Source of the DNA: an uncultured Desulfobacter sp.
GTDB taxonomy: Bacteria; Desulfobacterota; Desulfobacteria; Desulfobacterales; Desulfobacteraceae
Length of the DNA stretch: 64,000 nucleotides
Direction of reading: 5' to 3'
Assembly (NCBI GenBank): GCA_963665095.1
Contig: OY762069.1
Span: 5,280,001 to 5,344,000 of the forward strand
Part shown: positions 19,200 through 28,988 of the stretch, in pieces
Layout of the letters: each line of letters starts with the position of its first letter
Position numbering within the stretch: position 1 is the stretch's first letter
The notes under the pieces: generated by a model
Told to the model about the DNA's origin: nothing
Seen by the model: the letters and a program-made list of their open reading frames with translations, nothing else
Database searches by the model: none
Position numbers and translations under genes: made by a program

Positions 19200-19613
19200 C
19201 TACCAGCATCTGGCAGACTGATTACGGTACTGGCCGGGGCAGTTGCCTTTGCCGTGGCCATTTCCCCTGCCGCCGCTCATTGGGCCGCTGACATTATACT
19301 CCAGGGCTTTGGCTCTGATCTGTGCCTGGGTCTTGGTGATATTCTCAGCCAGGGTCCGGGCCTTTTTGGGGTCGGGATTGGGCCCTGCCATCAGGGCATT
19401 CAACTCGGCTCTGTCCCCGGAAATTGATACCCGAAGCGCCTGGGTATCCTTATAAAAGGATGCATAATCTCCCTGATTTGCTGCGGCCTGATTATTGTAT
19501 CCATTGCCATTCATTCTGCCGCCGGCTCCGCATCCCCCGCCCCAGGCATAGGCACTGACGGTAAAAAATCCCATGATGAATATTGCGGTAACTGCTGTAA
19601 TTGCTTTTTTCAT
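19200..19613 (-). CDS. zraP: Periplasmic ZraP/CpxP-like heavy-metal sensor protein
   Basis: Signal peptide, Gly-rich ends, ELNALMAGPNPD..KARTLA.E motif; divergent from ZraS/ZraR-like pair. Confidence 0.75.
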   Translation of the reverse strand: MKKAITAVTAIFIMGFFTVSAYAWGGGCGAGGRMNGNGYNNQAAANQGDYASFYKDTQALRVSISGDRAELNALMAGPNPDPKKARTLAENITKTQAQIRAKALEYNVSGPMSGGRGNGHGKGNCPGQYRNQSARCW

Positions 19614-19692
19614 GATAAACTCCTTTGCATTGTGTTTTTGACTTTTCTGTTTTTAAACTGCGTACGCCATTTTGACTTCATGGACTGGATAT

Positions 19693-19708
19693 TGCAGCAG
19701 GTATGCCA
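19693..19708 (-). promoter_or_regulatory. Sigma54 promoter of the zraP-like gene
   Basis: Minus strand TGGCAT-ACCTG-CTGCA with exact spacing. Confidence 0.7.
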
Positions 19709-19804
19709 GAAAGCATGATAAAGGAATTAAAAAAGTTAATTTATTGTAATTAAAAGATTTTTAATCTCTAATTAATTTTTACCCATTGTAAAATGAAAAG
19801 GATG

Positions 19805-19855
19805 TGGTTAAATTTTAATCGCCGGATCAACAGTCGGGTGATTAAAATTTAACCA
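19805..19855. promoter_or_regulatory. Inverted pair of putative enhancer (UAS) sites for the ZraR-like activator
   Basis: TGGTTAAATTTTAATCGCC ... GGTGATTAAAATTTAACCA (18/19 IR), 100-150 bp upstream of the sigma54 site. Confidence 0.55.
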
Positions 19856-19866
19856 GACAGCTGAAA

Positions 19867-21687
19867 ATGATGAAGTCAAATACCAAAACACCCTATTTAA
19901 ACCGTTCCATCTCCCCCTGGGTAATCATAGGGATCAGTGTTGTCCTGGTGGGGGTTGTGGCCATCCAGGCCGCCATGAACTACAACCGGGAAAAAAAATA
20001 TATGGGCCAGATCCTTTCGGAAAAGGGTGCGGCCCTGATCCGGTCCTTTGAGGCGGGAAGCATCACCGGAATGATGGGACGCATGGGCAGCGAGGCCCGT
20101 CTGCAGACCCTGCTGGAAGAGAGCGCCGCCCAGGAGGATATTGCATATATCGTCATTGCGGACCGGACAGGGACGATCCTGGCTCATAATCAAAAGGAGA
20201 AAATCGGTACCGAATTTTCCCCCCCTTTGGACAAAGCGGATGCAGCGCCGTCTGACCAGCCCCAATGGCGTACGGTCAAAAATGCCGAAACCACAGATTA
20301 TTTCGAAGTCTATAAAAACTTTCTGCCGCAATTAAACAGAAAGGGACACGGCAGAGGTTCAGGAAAGCATATGGGGGAACATACAGGCAGAAATATGAAG
20401 TGCTCCCCCGGCTGGGTAAAAGGCCTGCCCAGACAGCAGTTGCTGGACCCTGATAAGCGGCCGGTTATTTTTATCGGCATGGACATTCAGCCCTTTGAAC
20501 ATGCCAGAAAAGAGGACATTCAAAACAGTTTCATCAGCATTGCGCTTATTTTATTCTTAGGGCTTGCCGGCATTGTCTCTTTGTTCTGGGCCCAGAACCA
20601 TGCACGTTCCCGCAGGCTGCTTCTGGATACCCGGGCCTTTGCCTCGGAACTTGTGACAAGTCTTCCCATGGGCATTGTGGCCGTGGATGAGACCGCAAAA
20701 ATCATCTATGTGAATGAGACTGCCTCCCGATTTCTGAAAAAAGAACTGAACGAAATAAAAGACAGAACGGCTTCAGAAGTCCTGCCGGCATCCCTTCTGG
20801 CACTGCATGAACAGGTGGAAAAAGGGGAGACGGTCCTGGAACAGGAGATGACGCTCTCCTCAAGCAACGGAAACGCCATACCCGTCACCGTGACCATCAC
20901 TAAAATTGTCGGCGCCCAGGACAATTTTATCGGACATGTTTTCAGCCTCAAGGATTTAAGCCAGATCCGGGCCCTGGAGCGTGAAATCAAGCAGAAGGAA
21001 AAGCTTGCCGCCGTGGGAATTCTGGCCGCAGGCGTGGCCCATGAAATCAGAAACCCCTTAAGCTCAATAAAAGGATATGCCACCTACTTCAGCAGCCTGT
21101 TTGATCCGGAAAGCGATAATAAAAAAGCGGCCAATATCATGGCCGAAGAGGTGGACCGGGTGAACCGGGTCATCTCAGAGCTGCTTGAGTTTGCACGCCC
21201 CATTCCCCTTGAATTAAAAGAAACCCCCATATTTGAACTGGTGGACAAGGCGTTGCGCCTGATAAAATATGAAGCAGATCCGGCCAATATAAAAATTGTC
21301 AGCACCATTGAACCCGACCTGCCCGGGGTGGCCGTGGATAAAGACCGATTGACTCAGGTGCTGCTCAACATATTTATCAACGCCATCCAGGCCATGAAAA
21401 CAGGCGGCACTTTAACCGTAAATGTGAAAACAAAAGGGAACCTGCTGCTGTTTGAAGTTTCCGATACGGGCAGTGGCGTTTCCAGCGAAGACCAGGCCAA
21501 TATATTCAATCCCTATTTTACAACCAAAAAGCAGGGCACAGGATTAGGCCTTGCCATTGCCTTTAAGATCATAGAGGGCCATGGCGGCACCATCACCATT
21601 GACAGCGTGAAGGATAAAGGCACCACATTTCTAATTTCAATCCCCATAAACAAGGACATGGAACAACCCCAAGAGGTGCAGATATGA
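19867..21687 (+). CDS. zraS: Sensor histidine kinase, ZraS-like
   Basis: EKGAALIRSFEAG, two TMs, PAS, AHEIRNPLSSIKG, GTGLGL. Confidence 0.8.
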   Translation: MMKSNTKTPYLNRSISPWVIIGISVVLVGVVAIQAAMNYNREKKYMGQILSEKGAALIRSFEAGSITGMMGRMGSEARLQTLLEESAAQEDIAYIVIADRTGTILAHNQKEKIGTEFSPPLDKADAAPSDQPQWRTVKNAETTDYFEVYKNFLPQLNRKGHGRGSGKHMGEHTGRNMKCSPGWVKGLPRQQLLDPDKRPVIFIGMDIQPFEHARKEDIQNSFISIALILFLGLAGIVSLFWAQNHARSRRLLLDTRAFASELVTSLPMGIVAVDETAKIIYVNETASRFLKKELNEIKDRTASEVLPASLLALHEQVEKGETVLEQEMTLSSSNGNAIPVTVTITKIVGAQDNFIGHVFSLKDLSQIRALEREIKQKEKLAAVGILAAGVAHEIRNPLSSIKGYATYFSSLFDPESDNKKAANIMAEEVDRVNRVISELLEFARPIPLELKETPIFELVDKALRLIKYEADPANIKIVSTIEPDLPGVAVDKDRLTQVLLNIFINAIQAMKTGGTLTVNVKTKGNLLLFEVSDTGSGVSSEDQANIFNPYFTTKKQGTGLGLAIAFKIIEGHGGTITIDSVKDKGTTFLISIPINKDMEQPQEVQI

Positions 21688-23108
21688 AAGGCCGACTACT
21701 GATTGTTGATGATGACAAAGCCCATTTGTCAATGCTTGAAACCCTGTTGAAAAGCCTTTCCTACACGATTACGTGTGCCGGTGACGGAGAGGATGCCATC
21801 CGCGAGGTGCAAAAGGTGCCCTATGACCTGGTGCTCATGGATGTCAGGATGGCCAATGTGGGCGGTATGGAGGCGCTCAAAGAGATCAAGCACCTTAACC
21901 CGTCCATCCCGGTGATTATCATGACCGCCTACTCTTCCGTGGATAAGGCCGTGGAGGCCATGCGGCTGGGGGCGGATGACTATCTAACCAAACCGTTGAA
22001 CTTTGAGGAGCTGAAACTCTCCATTGAACGGGTGACACAACATCTGCAGCTCTCTCAGGAAAACAGCCGGCTAAAAGAGCAGCTGATCACTGAAGGAAAT
22101 TTTTCAGGCATCATCGGTTCAAGCCCGGCCATCAAAGAGGTCATTGAGACAGCGAAAATTGCCGCGCCCACCGAGGCCACCATCCTGATTTCAGGAGAAA
22201 GCGGCACCGGCAAAGAGCTATTTGCCAAGGCCATTCACAAAAACAGCAAAAGAAAAGAGAACCCCCTGGTCTCAGTGAGCTGTGCCGCGTTAAATGAAAC
22301 CCTGCTGGAATCAGAACTTTTCGGCCATGAAAAAGGGGCGTTCACCGGGGCCGAGAAACGCCGGGACGGCCTCTTTATCTCTGCGGACAAAGGTACAATT
22401 TTCCTGGATGAAATCGGAGAGATCCCCTTATCCATGCAGGTAAAACTGCTCAGGGTCCTTCAGGAAAAAGAGATCCAGAAGGTGGGCAGTGACACGGTGA
22501 CAAAGATTGATACCCGGGTGATTGTGGCCACCAACCGGAATCTGGAAGAAGAGGTTGAAAAGGGGAACTTCCGCCAGGATTTGTTCTACCGGCTCAATGT
22601 TATCAATATAAAAGTTCCTCCGTTGCGGGAGCGGACCGATGATATCCCTTTGCTGGCCCAGAAATTCTTAAACCGGTTCACAAAGGAGAACAATAAGATC
22701 ATCAAGGGATTCACCCCCATGGCCATGGATGCCCTGACCAAATACAACTGGCCGGGCAATGTGCGTGAACTTGAAAATATTATTGAACGGGCCATTATCC
22801 TGTGCCTGGGCCAGTACATCTCTGAAAAAGACCTGCCCGCCAATGTGCTCAAGGACTATACCCCTGAAACTTCGGTTCAGCTCCAGCTTGCCGGGGGAGG
22901 AAAAACCCTGGATGAAATCGAAAGCATTGCCCTGATTGAAACGCTTCGGCAGACAAAGGGCAACAAAACCGAGGCCGCTAAAATTCTTAATATTACAAGA
23001 ACCACTTTAAACAACAAGCTTAAGCGCCACGACCTGGACCTTTCCACTATCCTGCCGTTAGATAGCGACAAACCAGTGGATTTAGACTCCTGCAAGGATT
23101 GTTTTTGA
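21684..23108 (+). CDS. zraR: Sigma54-dependent response regulator, ZraR/NtrC family
   Basis: Receiver domain, GESGTGKE, GAFTGA, WPGNVRELEN, Fis-type HTH. Confidence 0.85.
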   Translation: MKGRLLIVDDDKAHLSMLETLLKSLSYTITCAGDGEDAIREVQKVPYDLVLMDVRMANVGGMEALKEIKHLNPSIPVIIMTAYSSVDKAVEAMRLGADDYLTKPLNFEELKLSIERVTQHLQLSQENSRLKEQLITEGNFSGIIGSSPAIKEVIETAKIAAPTEATILISGESGTGKELFAKAIHKNSKRKENPLVSVSCAALNETLLESELFGHEKGAFTGAEKRRDGLFISADKGTIFLDEIGEIPLSMQVKLLRVLQEKEIQKVGSDTVTKIDTRVIVATNRNLEEEVEKGNFRQDLFYRLNVINIKVPPLRERTDDIPLLAQKFLNRFTKENNKIIKGFTPMAMDALTKYNWPGNVRELENIIERAIILCLGQYISEKDLPANVLKDYTPETSVQLQLAGGGKTLDEIESIALIETLRQTKGNKTEAAKILNITRTTLNNKLKRHDLDLSTILPLDSDKPVDLDSCKDCF

Positions 23109-23159
23109 AGCTCTTAAAAAGGCGAATTTGTTTAAATGGGACAGTATCCTGTCGCCTTC

Positions 23160-23360
23160 ATCTACTTCCGGGGCCAGCAGTTGTGTCTCTCCGTTGGGCA
23201 CGTCCAGGATTACAAACTGCCAGGCAAAATTAAATTTGGAGCCCACATCAACCGGGTAGTCCACCTCGTTGAACAGTTCCCCGAGATAGATTTTTGCTGT
23301 CTCACGCAGTTTGCTGTAATCCTGGATGAAATTCTGAACGGTCCCCTGAATTATGACGGA
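23160..23360 (-). pseudogene. Internal fragment resembling DUF3150-family proteins
   Basis: Startless frame SVIIQGTVQNFIQDYSKLRETAKIYLGELFNEVDYPVDVGSKFNFAWQFVILDVP, preceded by TAA; family recalled from the LGxLFNExDYP...KF.F.W pattern. Confidence 0.5.
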
Positions 23361-23409
23361 TTAAAAATACCCTGAATTACCTGGTAGAAAATATACCCAT
23401 TCCAAATTG

Positions 23410-23461
23410 TTGACAAAAACGCTGCCTCCCATTATGTTGCTATAAGAGTAGCAACATAATG
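23410..23461 (+). promoter_or_regulatory. Sigma70 promoter overlapped by a perfect 13-bp inverted-repeat operator
   Basis: TTGACA (23410)-17 nt-TATGTT; CATTATGTTGCTA-N6-TAGCAACATAATG (23430-23461). Confidence 0.75.
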
Positions 23462-23533
23462 ACTATGTACTTTGATTCGGGCAGATCTGATCAGGACAAA
23501 AAGGGTTACCCGTATAAGTTTAAAGGTATTTAA

Positions 23534-24319
23534 ATGAGCAGCAACGGATTAACAAACTTAGGTTTTTCACAATATGAGGCCGCCTGTTACATGACACTTG
23601 TGGCCAATCATCCTGTGAACGGATCCCAGCTGAGCAAAATTTCAGGCATTGCCAGATCACGCATCTATGACGTCCTTCGAAATCTGATTGCCAAGGGATA
23701 TGTCGTCGAAGTCCAGGCAGGGCAGTACGCGCCCCTGCCCTCGGAGGAACTGATCCGGCAGCTGCGGCAGGAATTTGATGCCAATATTGTGGCTGTGGAA
23801 AAAGAGATCAGCCAGGCCGGCCGGAAACAGGATTATGAATATATCTGGACCCTGACCGGATTTGACAATGTCATCTCCAAGGCCAGGGAGATGATCAAAG
23901 GTGCTGAGCATGAAATTTACGTCCGGCTCTTTCCCGTGGCGGATGAGCATCTGCACAAAGAGCTGGAACAGGCCCGGAAAAGAGGCGTGGCCATCCGGTA
24001 TATTGCCATGGGAGAGATCCCCAAACGGTTTGATGTCCAGGTCACCCATCCGGGCAGGGAAGATCTGATCGCACAATTGGGCGGTCGCTCCTTTGATGTG
24101 ATCACAGATGCAACAGAAGCGCTGGTGGGCATATTTGAAACAGGAAATGAAGACGCATCCCCCATTAACTGGACCCGGAACCACTGGTTCATCGTGGCCA
24201 ACAGAGACAGCCTGCGCCATGACTTTTACCACTGCTTTCTTGAAAAGGTGCTGGACCGGGGACAGCCCTTAACTGAAAAAGAACAGACAATATATGAAAC
24301 AATAAAACAGGAAATATAG
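23534..24319 (+). CDS. TrmB family transcriptional regulator
   Basis: LGFSQYEA..Y..L, SKISGIARSRIYDVLRNL..KG. Confidence 0.88.
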   Translation: MSSNGLTNLGFSQYEAACYMTLVANHPVNGSQLSKISGIARSRIYDVLRNLIAKGYVVEVQAGQYAPLPSEELIRQLRQEFDANIVAVEKEISQAGRKQDYEYIWTLTGFDNVISKAREMIKGAEHEIYVRLFPVADEHLHKELEQARKRGVAIRYIAMGEIPKRFDVQVTHPGREDLIAQLGGRSFDVITDATEALVGIFETGNEDASPINWTRNHWFIVANRDSLRHDFYHCFLEKVLDRGQPLTEKEQTIYETIKQEI

Positions 24320-24331
24320 GAGGTAATCACC

Positions 24332-25612
24332 ATGACAAGTATGAGAAAAATACATAATTTCGACGGATTCTCCACTGAATCCGATGATGCGATCTTCAAC
24401 CTGGAAGAAAATTTCGGCGCCCATCATTACGACAGAATCAACCTGGTGGTCAGACGCGCCCAAGGCTGCTGGCTCACCGATGACAAGGGCAACAAATACC
24501 TGGACTGCCTGGCAGCCTACTCTGCCGCCAATCCGGGCCACCATCATCCCGCCATCACCAATGCCCTGATGGACGCGCTTATCGGCAACTATGCCTCTGT
24601 TATTTCCAATGTTGTATTCACCGATCCTTTGGGAATTTTTCTGTCCGAAGCCGCCAAATTTGCGCCTCAGATGGCACCCAGATTCGGCAACCACGGCAAC
24701 AAAGTACTGCCCAAAAACGGCGGGGTTGAATCCGTTGAAACCGCCATCAAAGCCATGCGTTACTACGGTTTTAAACAGAAAGGCATTGAAGACGGCAAAC
24801 AGGAGATCATTGTATTCAATAACAACTTCCACGGCCGGACCATTTCCGTGGTCTCCTTTTCCACCAGCAAAAAGTACAGCGAAGGATTCGGCCCCCTGAC
24901 ACCGGGGTTTGTCTCTGTTCCCTTTGGCGACCTGGAAGCGGTTAAAAAAGCGATTACCCCCAATACCTGCGGCATTCTTGTGGAACCGTTCCAGGGTGAA
25001 GGCGGCATGTTAATTCCGCCCAAGGGCTTCCTCAAAGGGTTAAGAGAGATCTCCGACGAAAAAGATCTCTTCCTGGTGTGTGACGAGATCCAAGTGGGTA
25101 TGGGCCGTACCGGTAAAAAATTCTGCTTTGAGCATGAAGGCATTGTGCCCGACGGCGTGATCCTTGGTAAAGCCCTGTCCGGCGGTCTGGTGCCTCTGTC
25201 CGTGTTCATTACCAATGCAAAGATAATGGATCTCATCTTCTCCAAGGGGTCTGACGGATCCACATTCGGCGGATATCCCCTGGCCTGTGTGGCCGGTGCT
25301 GCCTCACTTAAAGTGTTTGAAGAGGAGAAGCTTGCTGAACAATCTGCAGTTAAAGGCGAGCGGTTGAAAAAGCGCATCGAAGAGATTGCCAATCGCTCTG
25401 TCTACGTGAAAGAAGTCAGGGGGGCAGGCCTTTTCATTGGTATTGAGGTTAAAGACGGCAATGCCATGGAGTTCTGCCACAAGCTGCTGGACGAGGGTCT
25501 GGTGGTCAATGACAGCCACGGCCACACCATCCGTATCTCTCCGCCCCTGGTCATCAATGACGAAGAGATGGATTTTCTGGTGGAACGGCTGGAAAGAGTG
25601 CTGGTTCCCTGA
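24332..25612 (+). CDS. rocD: Class III aminotransferase, ornithine aminotransferase-like
   Basis: GAHHY, YLDCLAAYSAANPGHHHP, NNFHGRTIS, EPFQGEGG, DEIQVGMGRTGK, LGKALSGG. Confidence 0.82.
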   Translation: MTSMRKIHNFDGFSTESDDAIFNLEENFGAHHYDRINLVVRRAQGCWLTDDKGNKYLDCLAAYSAANPGHHHPAITNALMDALIGNYASVISNVVFTDPLGIFLSEAAKFAPQMAPRFGNHGNKVLPKNGGVESVETAIKAMRYYGFKQKGIEDGKQEIIVFNNNFHGRTISVVSFSTSKKYSEGFGPLTPGFVSVPFGDLEAVKKAITPNTCGILVEPFQGEGGMLIPPKGFLKGLREISDEKDLFLVCDEIQVGMGRTGKKFCFEHEGIVPDGVILGKALSGGLVPLSVFITNAKIMDLIFSKGSDGSTFGGYPLACVAGAASLKVFEEEKLAEQSAVKGERLKKRIEEIANRSVYVKEVRGAGLFIGIEVKDGNAMEFCHKLLDEGLVVNDSHGHTIRISPPLVINDEEMDFLVERLERVLVP

Positions 25613-25635
25613 TTCTTAGACTATAGATTTAGTTA

Positions 25636-25670
25636 AAAGGGAGAGGCCCATAAGGTCTCTCCCTTTCTTA
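25636..25670 (+). terminator. Intrinsic terminator after rocD
   Basis: AAAGGGAGAGGCC / GGTCTCTCCCTTT stem followed by CTT. Confidence 0.7.
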
Positions 25671-26005
25671 TCCCCTCCGACTATATGTCGCACGACTTTC
25701 TCATAATTTTTTCACTATCAAAACTCTTTGCGTTCTGTGATGACATTGTGATTCTCTGTCTCCATATTAAATTTCCCCGGTTTTTATTTCTGGGTTTTCC
25801 GTTTTTCTACCAGGCAGAAGGGTGTTGCTTAAAATAAATCCATAGCTGTTAAACGGGGACCTGGGTCTGTTTAAAAATTAATTGACAGAATTTTTTGATT
25901 TGATAAAAGTGAATGGATTTAGAAGGTGACATCTGTTCTGGTTGTCATCTCATAACGTATTAGTAATGTCCGTAACTTGTAACATTTGAAAGAAAGTGAG
26001 AAAAC

Positions 26006-26446
26006 ATGAAATTAAATCTTTTTATTTTTACCGTTGTATTATCTGTATTCACAACTGTCGCATTTGCAGAGGACCAGTTAGTCACCTTAACGATTCAAGA
26101 TGCTATGGACAATTCAAAGGTGCAGAGCGCCCTTTATGACGATATCGCTCTTTACTGGGGATCCCAGACCCATCCGCAGGTCATAGAGAAATATGGGGAA
26201 TTCAAAACCAGTAAAAGAGCCAATAAGTTGGGCAAAAGCCGGGACGCAGCATGCCAGTGGGCTCTGGCGTCTGCTGTTAAGGCATTGCAGCAACGGGCCA
26301 GAAGGGAAGGCGGTAATGCGGTTATCAATCTAACATCCAATGTACAAGATCATGAATTATCAAGTGATACCTCATATGAATGTTTATGCGGGGGGATGAT
26401 GGTTAATGTCGCCGTGAAAGGCGATGTCGTGAAGCTGGCAAAGTAA
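26006..26446 (+). CDS. Secreted small protein of the so-called 'excinuclease ATPase subunit' (YbjQ/RcsF-like) family
   Basis: Signal peptide; ACQWALASA..LQ.RA...GGNAVIN, YEC..G...V..KG. Confidence 0.7.
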   Translation: MKLNLFIFTVVLSVFTTVAFAEDQLVTLTIQDAMDNSKVQSALYDDIALYWGSQTHPQVIEKYGEFKTSKRANKLGKSRDAACQWALASAVKALQQRARREGGNAVINLTSNVQDHELSSDTSYECLCGGMMVNVAVKGDVVKLAK

Positions 26447-26625
26447 CGTCTTTTTCGGGATTTATTTTTGTAAAACGTTCAATTTCCTTCATGCAAGAAT
26501 ATTTCTCGAATCCAAATAAAGTTTGATCGACATGATATGTTCAATTCTAACAGCCAATTTAAAAAGAAAGAGCATATCATGTCGAAAGCTGTTGCTGCAC
26601 AAAGCTGCCAAATCATATAATCGGG

Positions 26626-26750
26626 CCTCACGTACTGAATTACGTTCCGGTTGCAGCTTTGCTTGCGCCTTGCATCTGGGCAATTTTGTGGGCATGCGCC
26701 CCTCTTGCGAGCCGTCCAGACACCAAACAAGGGGTTTTCGTTCAGGCACA
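26626..26750 (-). repeat. Truncated MITE/REP-like dispersed repeat
   Basis: Minus strand GTGCCTGAACGAAAACCC...GCCCAGATGCAAGGCGC...CCGGAACGTA..TACGTGAGG resembles, from memory, repeats of deltaproteobacterial genomes; second terminal repeat absent. Confidence 0.45.
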
Positions 26751-27101
26751 ATATACCTTGCTTGCCTTTTTTTTGTTTTCTTCTTTGGGCAAAGACAAAC
26801 ATAGCTCATTATGCGCGCCTTTGTCCGCTTATTATAGCTTGCTAACTGAGACTGCTGGAATCTGTCCGGCGGAGTTCCCTTCCCTTGTATATATCAATGA
26901 CGATGAAGCTTACCTCCAATCCTTCCATATATTTTAGGTCTAACAGGAAATTCCTTTATTGTTTAGAATGTTAGGCTCGAGGATTTGGTAAAATTGGTAA
27001 AAACAGGGAATAATTGGTAGTAAGCTGATGTACTTTATAAAAAAATGTGATACACATTCTCAATTATTCATTTAAATATAAAATTCAGGTGACAGAAAAG
27101 T

Positions 27102-27374
27102 ATGGATTTAAAGTATAAGCTGAAAAAAATGATTATTGATGAGATGCAGATAGAAGATCTCACCCCTGAAGAGATAGAAGATGATTCCCCTTTGTTCGGA
27201 GACGGGCTTGGGCTTGATTCCCTGGATGCTGTTGAACTGGTTGTTCAGCTTCAGATTTATTTTGGTGTTGAGATAAAAAATATCGAGGAAGGAAGACCTG
27301 CGCTTCAATCAATTAACACACTGGCAGATTACGTTACAAAGCATTGTCCTGATCCCCAGAAGGTGCATCCCTGA
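27102..27374 (+). CDS. Acyl carrier protein (aryl-polyene type)
   Basis: PLFGDGLGLDSLDAVELV. Confidence 0.9.
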   Translation: MDLKYKLKKMIIDEMQIEDLTPEEIEDDSPLFGDGLGLDSLDAVELVVQLQIYFGVEIKNIEEGRPALQSINTLADYVTKHCPDPQKVHP

Positions 27375-27382
27375 AACTTGCG

Positions 27383-28357
27383 GTGCATGGCATAGGGATA
27401 GCCGGACCTTTGGGGCTCATTCCGGAAGACATGGACGCCTTATACCGTAACAGACAGGACAGATCGACGACTGCGGTACATCATGTTTCAGAAGACTGTC
27501 CCATTGAGGTGTTAAAAGCAGATACCACCGAGGTCTCTTCTTTTATTCCGAAATCAAAACTTCGCAGGGTCGATCATTACTCCCGGATGGCCCTTCTGGC
27601 TGCAGGCCGGGCTCTGGAAAAGGTGCCGTCCTCAATGATATCGGGAAAGGATACGGGGCTCATCATTGCCACGGGATTCGGGGCATTGAATTCAACATTT
27701 TCGTTTCTGGATTCCTACCTGGATCAGGGCGACAAACTTGCTGCCCCCACCTGGTTTTCAGGTTCAGTACATAATGCTGCGGCTGCCTACATCTCCATCT
27801 GTTACGGTCTTACAGGCCCCTGCCTTACTGTAAGCCAGTTTGATATGTCCTTTGCCTGCGCACTGCTTTCTGCACGGGCCTGGCTGAACACCGGAAGGGT
27901 GGATGCGATTTTAATCGGTACTGTGGATGAGTGGTGTGACGTCTCTGGTTACTGTCTGCAGCAGTTCAATAACAACTGCGGGGAAAAAATTTGTTCATTT
28001 GGAGAAGGTGCTGCTTTTTTTCTGGTGACACAGGATATGAATACGCGCCCTGCAATTGGTTTTCTTGACACTATTTATATTGGACGTGATTTAAGCGGGC
28101 ATACGTTTGGCACGGATGACATCATATTCTCGCCTTCAATGGCCAAGGAGAACTGTAGCAGCAGTTTCAAGATAGAAGACAAAGTTTCGCAGAATATTAC
28201 GTTGCGTAAACGTCTCAGAGGGGGAAGTCCCACGGATATGGGGATGGATGTATGGTATGCACTTTCTGACAGGCGGCACACAGAGGAAAGAATATGCTGC
28301 ATCAAACAAGGGTCAAACGGAATGTTTGGCAGCGTTACCACCGTAAAAAAATCTTGA
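27383..28357 (+). CDS. Beta-ketoacyl synthase chain-length-factor-like (non-catalytic) subunit
   Basis: LRRVDHYSRMAL, PTWFSGSVHNAAA, GEGAAFF; catalytic Cys motif replaced (SQFDMSF); start uncertain. Confidence 0.78.
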   Translation: MHGIGIAGPLGLIPEDMDALYRNRQDRSTTAVHHVSEDCPIEVLKADTTEVSSFIPKSKLRRVDHYSRMALLAAGRALEKVPSSMISGKDTGLIIATGFGALNSTFSFLDSYLDQGDKLAAPTWFSGSVHNAAAAYISICYGLTGPCLTVSQFDMSFACALLSARAWLNTGRVDAILIGTVDEWCDVSGYCLQQFNNNCGEKICSFGEGAAFFLVTQDMNTRPAIGFLDTIYIGRDLSGHTFGTDDIIFSPSMAKENCSSSFKIEDKVSQNITLRKRLRGGSPTDMGMDVWYALSDRRHTEERICCIKQGSNGMFGSVTTVKKS

Positions 28358-28950
28358 AAAACAGATCCGGACCAAATAAAAAACTGGGCGTTATTTTTCA
28401 TTTGGTAATTGTGATTTTATTTTTTTGTTTTCCTTTGGCAAACCTGTATGCCCAAGAATATGCCCCGACCTTAGACGGTGTTTCTTTAAATTGGGGATAT
28501 ACCTATGACCCTTCAGATGATACCTGCTTTTCCCAGGTTTCCATTTTCAGGCTGTATGACTATGACCGGATATGGAAACACAAGGCACCGGAAAGGCTCC
28601 GGTTCAAAGTGGAGGGCAGCCTGGGCTGCGCGTGGTGGGATCATTCGGATTGTCGAATAATTGCTTCAGTAAATATTTTTGCAATGCTATATTTGACAGA
28701 CCCCCTGACAAACAAGATCAGGCCTTACGTTGAAGCCGGCATTGGGGGGATATATACGGATTACAGGGTTTCGGGACAGGATTACCGGATAAATTTTAAC
28801 CCCCAGGCAGGTATTGGTCTCGAAATTAATACGGATAGCAACCGTATCTGGTTTTCTGCTTTACGGCTGCATCATCTCTCCAATGCAGGCATTGGAGAGA
28901 TCAATCGTGGACAGAATTCAGTGGTATTGTTTATTGGGCAATATTTTTAA
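28354..28950 (+). CDS. Acyloxyacyl hydrolase / PagL-like outer-membrane beta-barrel
   Basis: PYVEAGIG, NFNPQAGIG, RLHHLSNAG..N.G.N, terminal Phe; start uncertain. Confidence 0.8.
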   Translation: MKNRSGPNKKLGVIFHLVIVILFFCFPLANLYAQEYAPTLDGVSLNWGYTYDPSDDTCFSQVSIFRLYDYDRIWKHKAPERLRFKVEGSLGCAWWDHSDCRIIASVNIFAMLYLTDPLTNKIRPYVEAGIGGIYTDYRVSGQDYRINFNPQAGIGLEINTDSNRIWFSALRLHHLSNAGIGEINRGQNSVVLFIGQYF

Positions 28951-28988
28951 AATAGGTATAAAAGGAAAAAAAATATTTGGAGACATCT

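Noticed and set aside
26479..26937. Several overlapping 64-107 aa ORFs on both strands
   Set aside because: No RBS or motifs; they span the repeat remnant
26985..27020. TTGGTA repeated three times upstream of the first ACP
   Set aside because: Short, irregularly spaced and in AT-rich DNA; too weak to call
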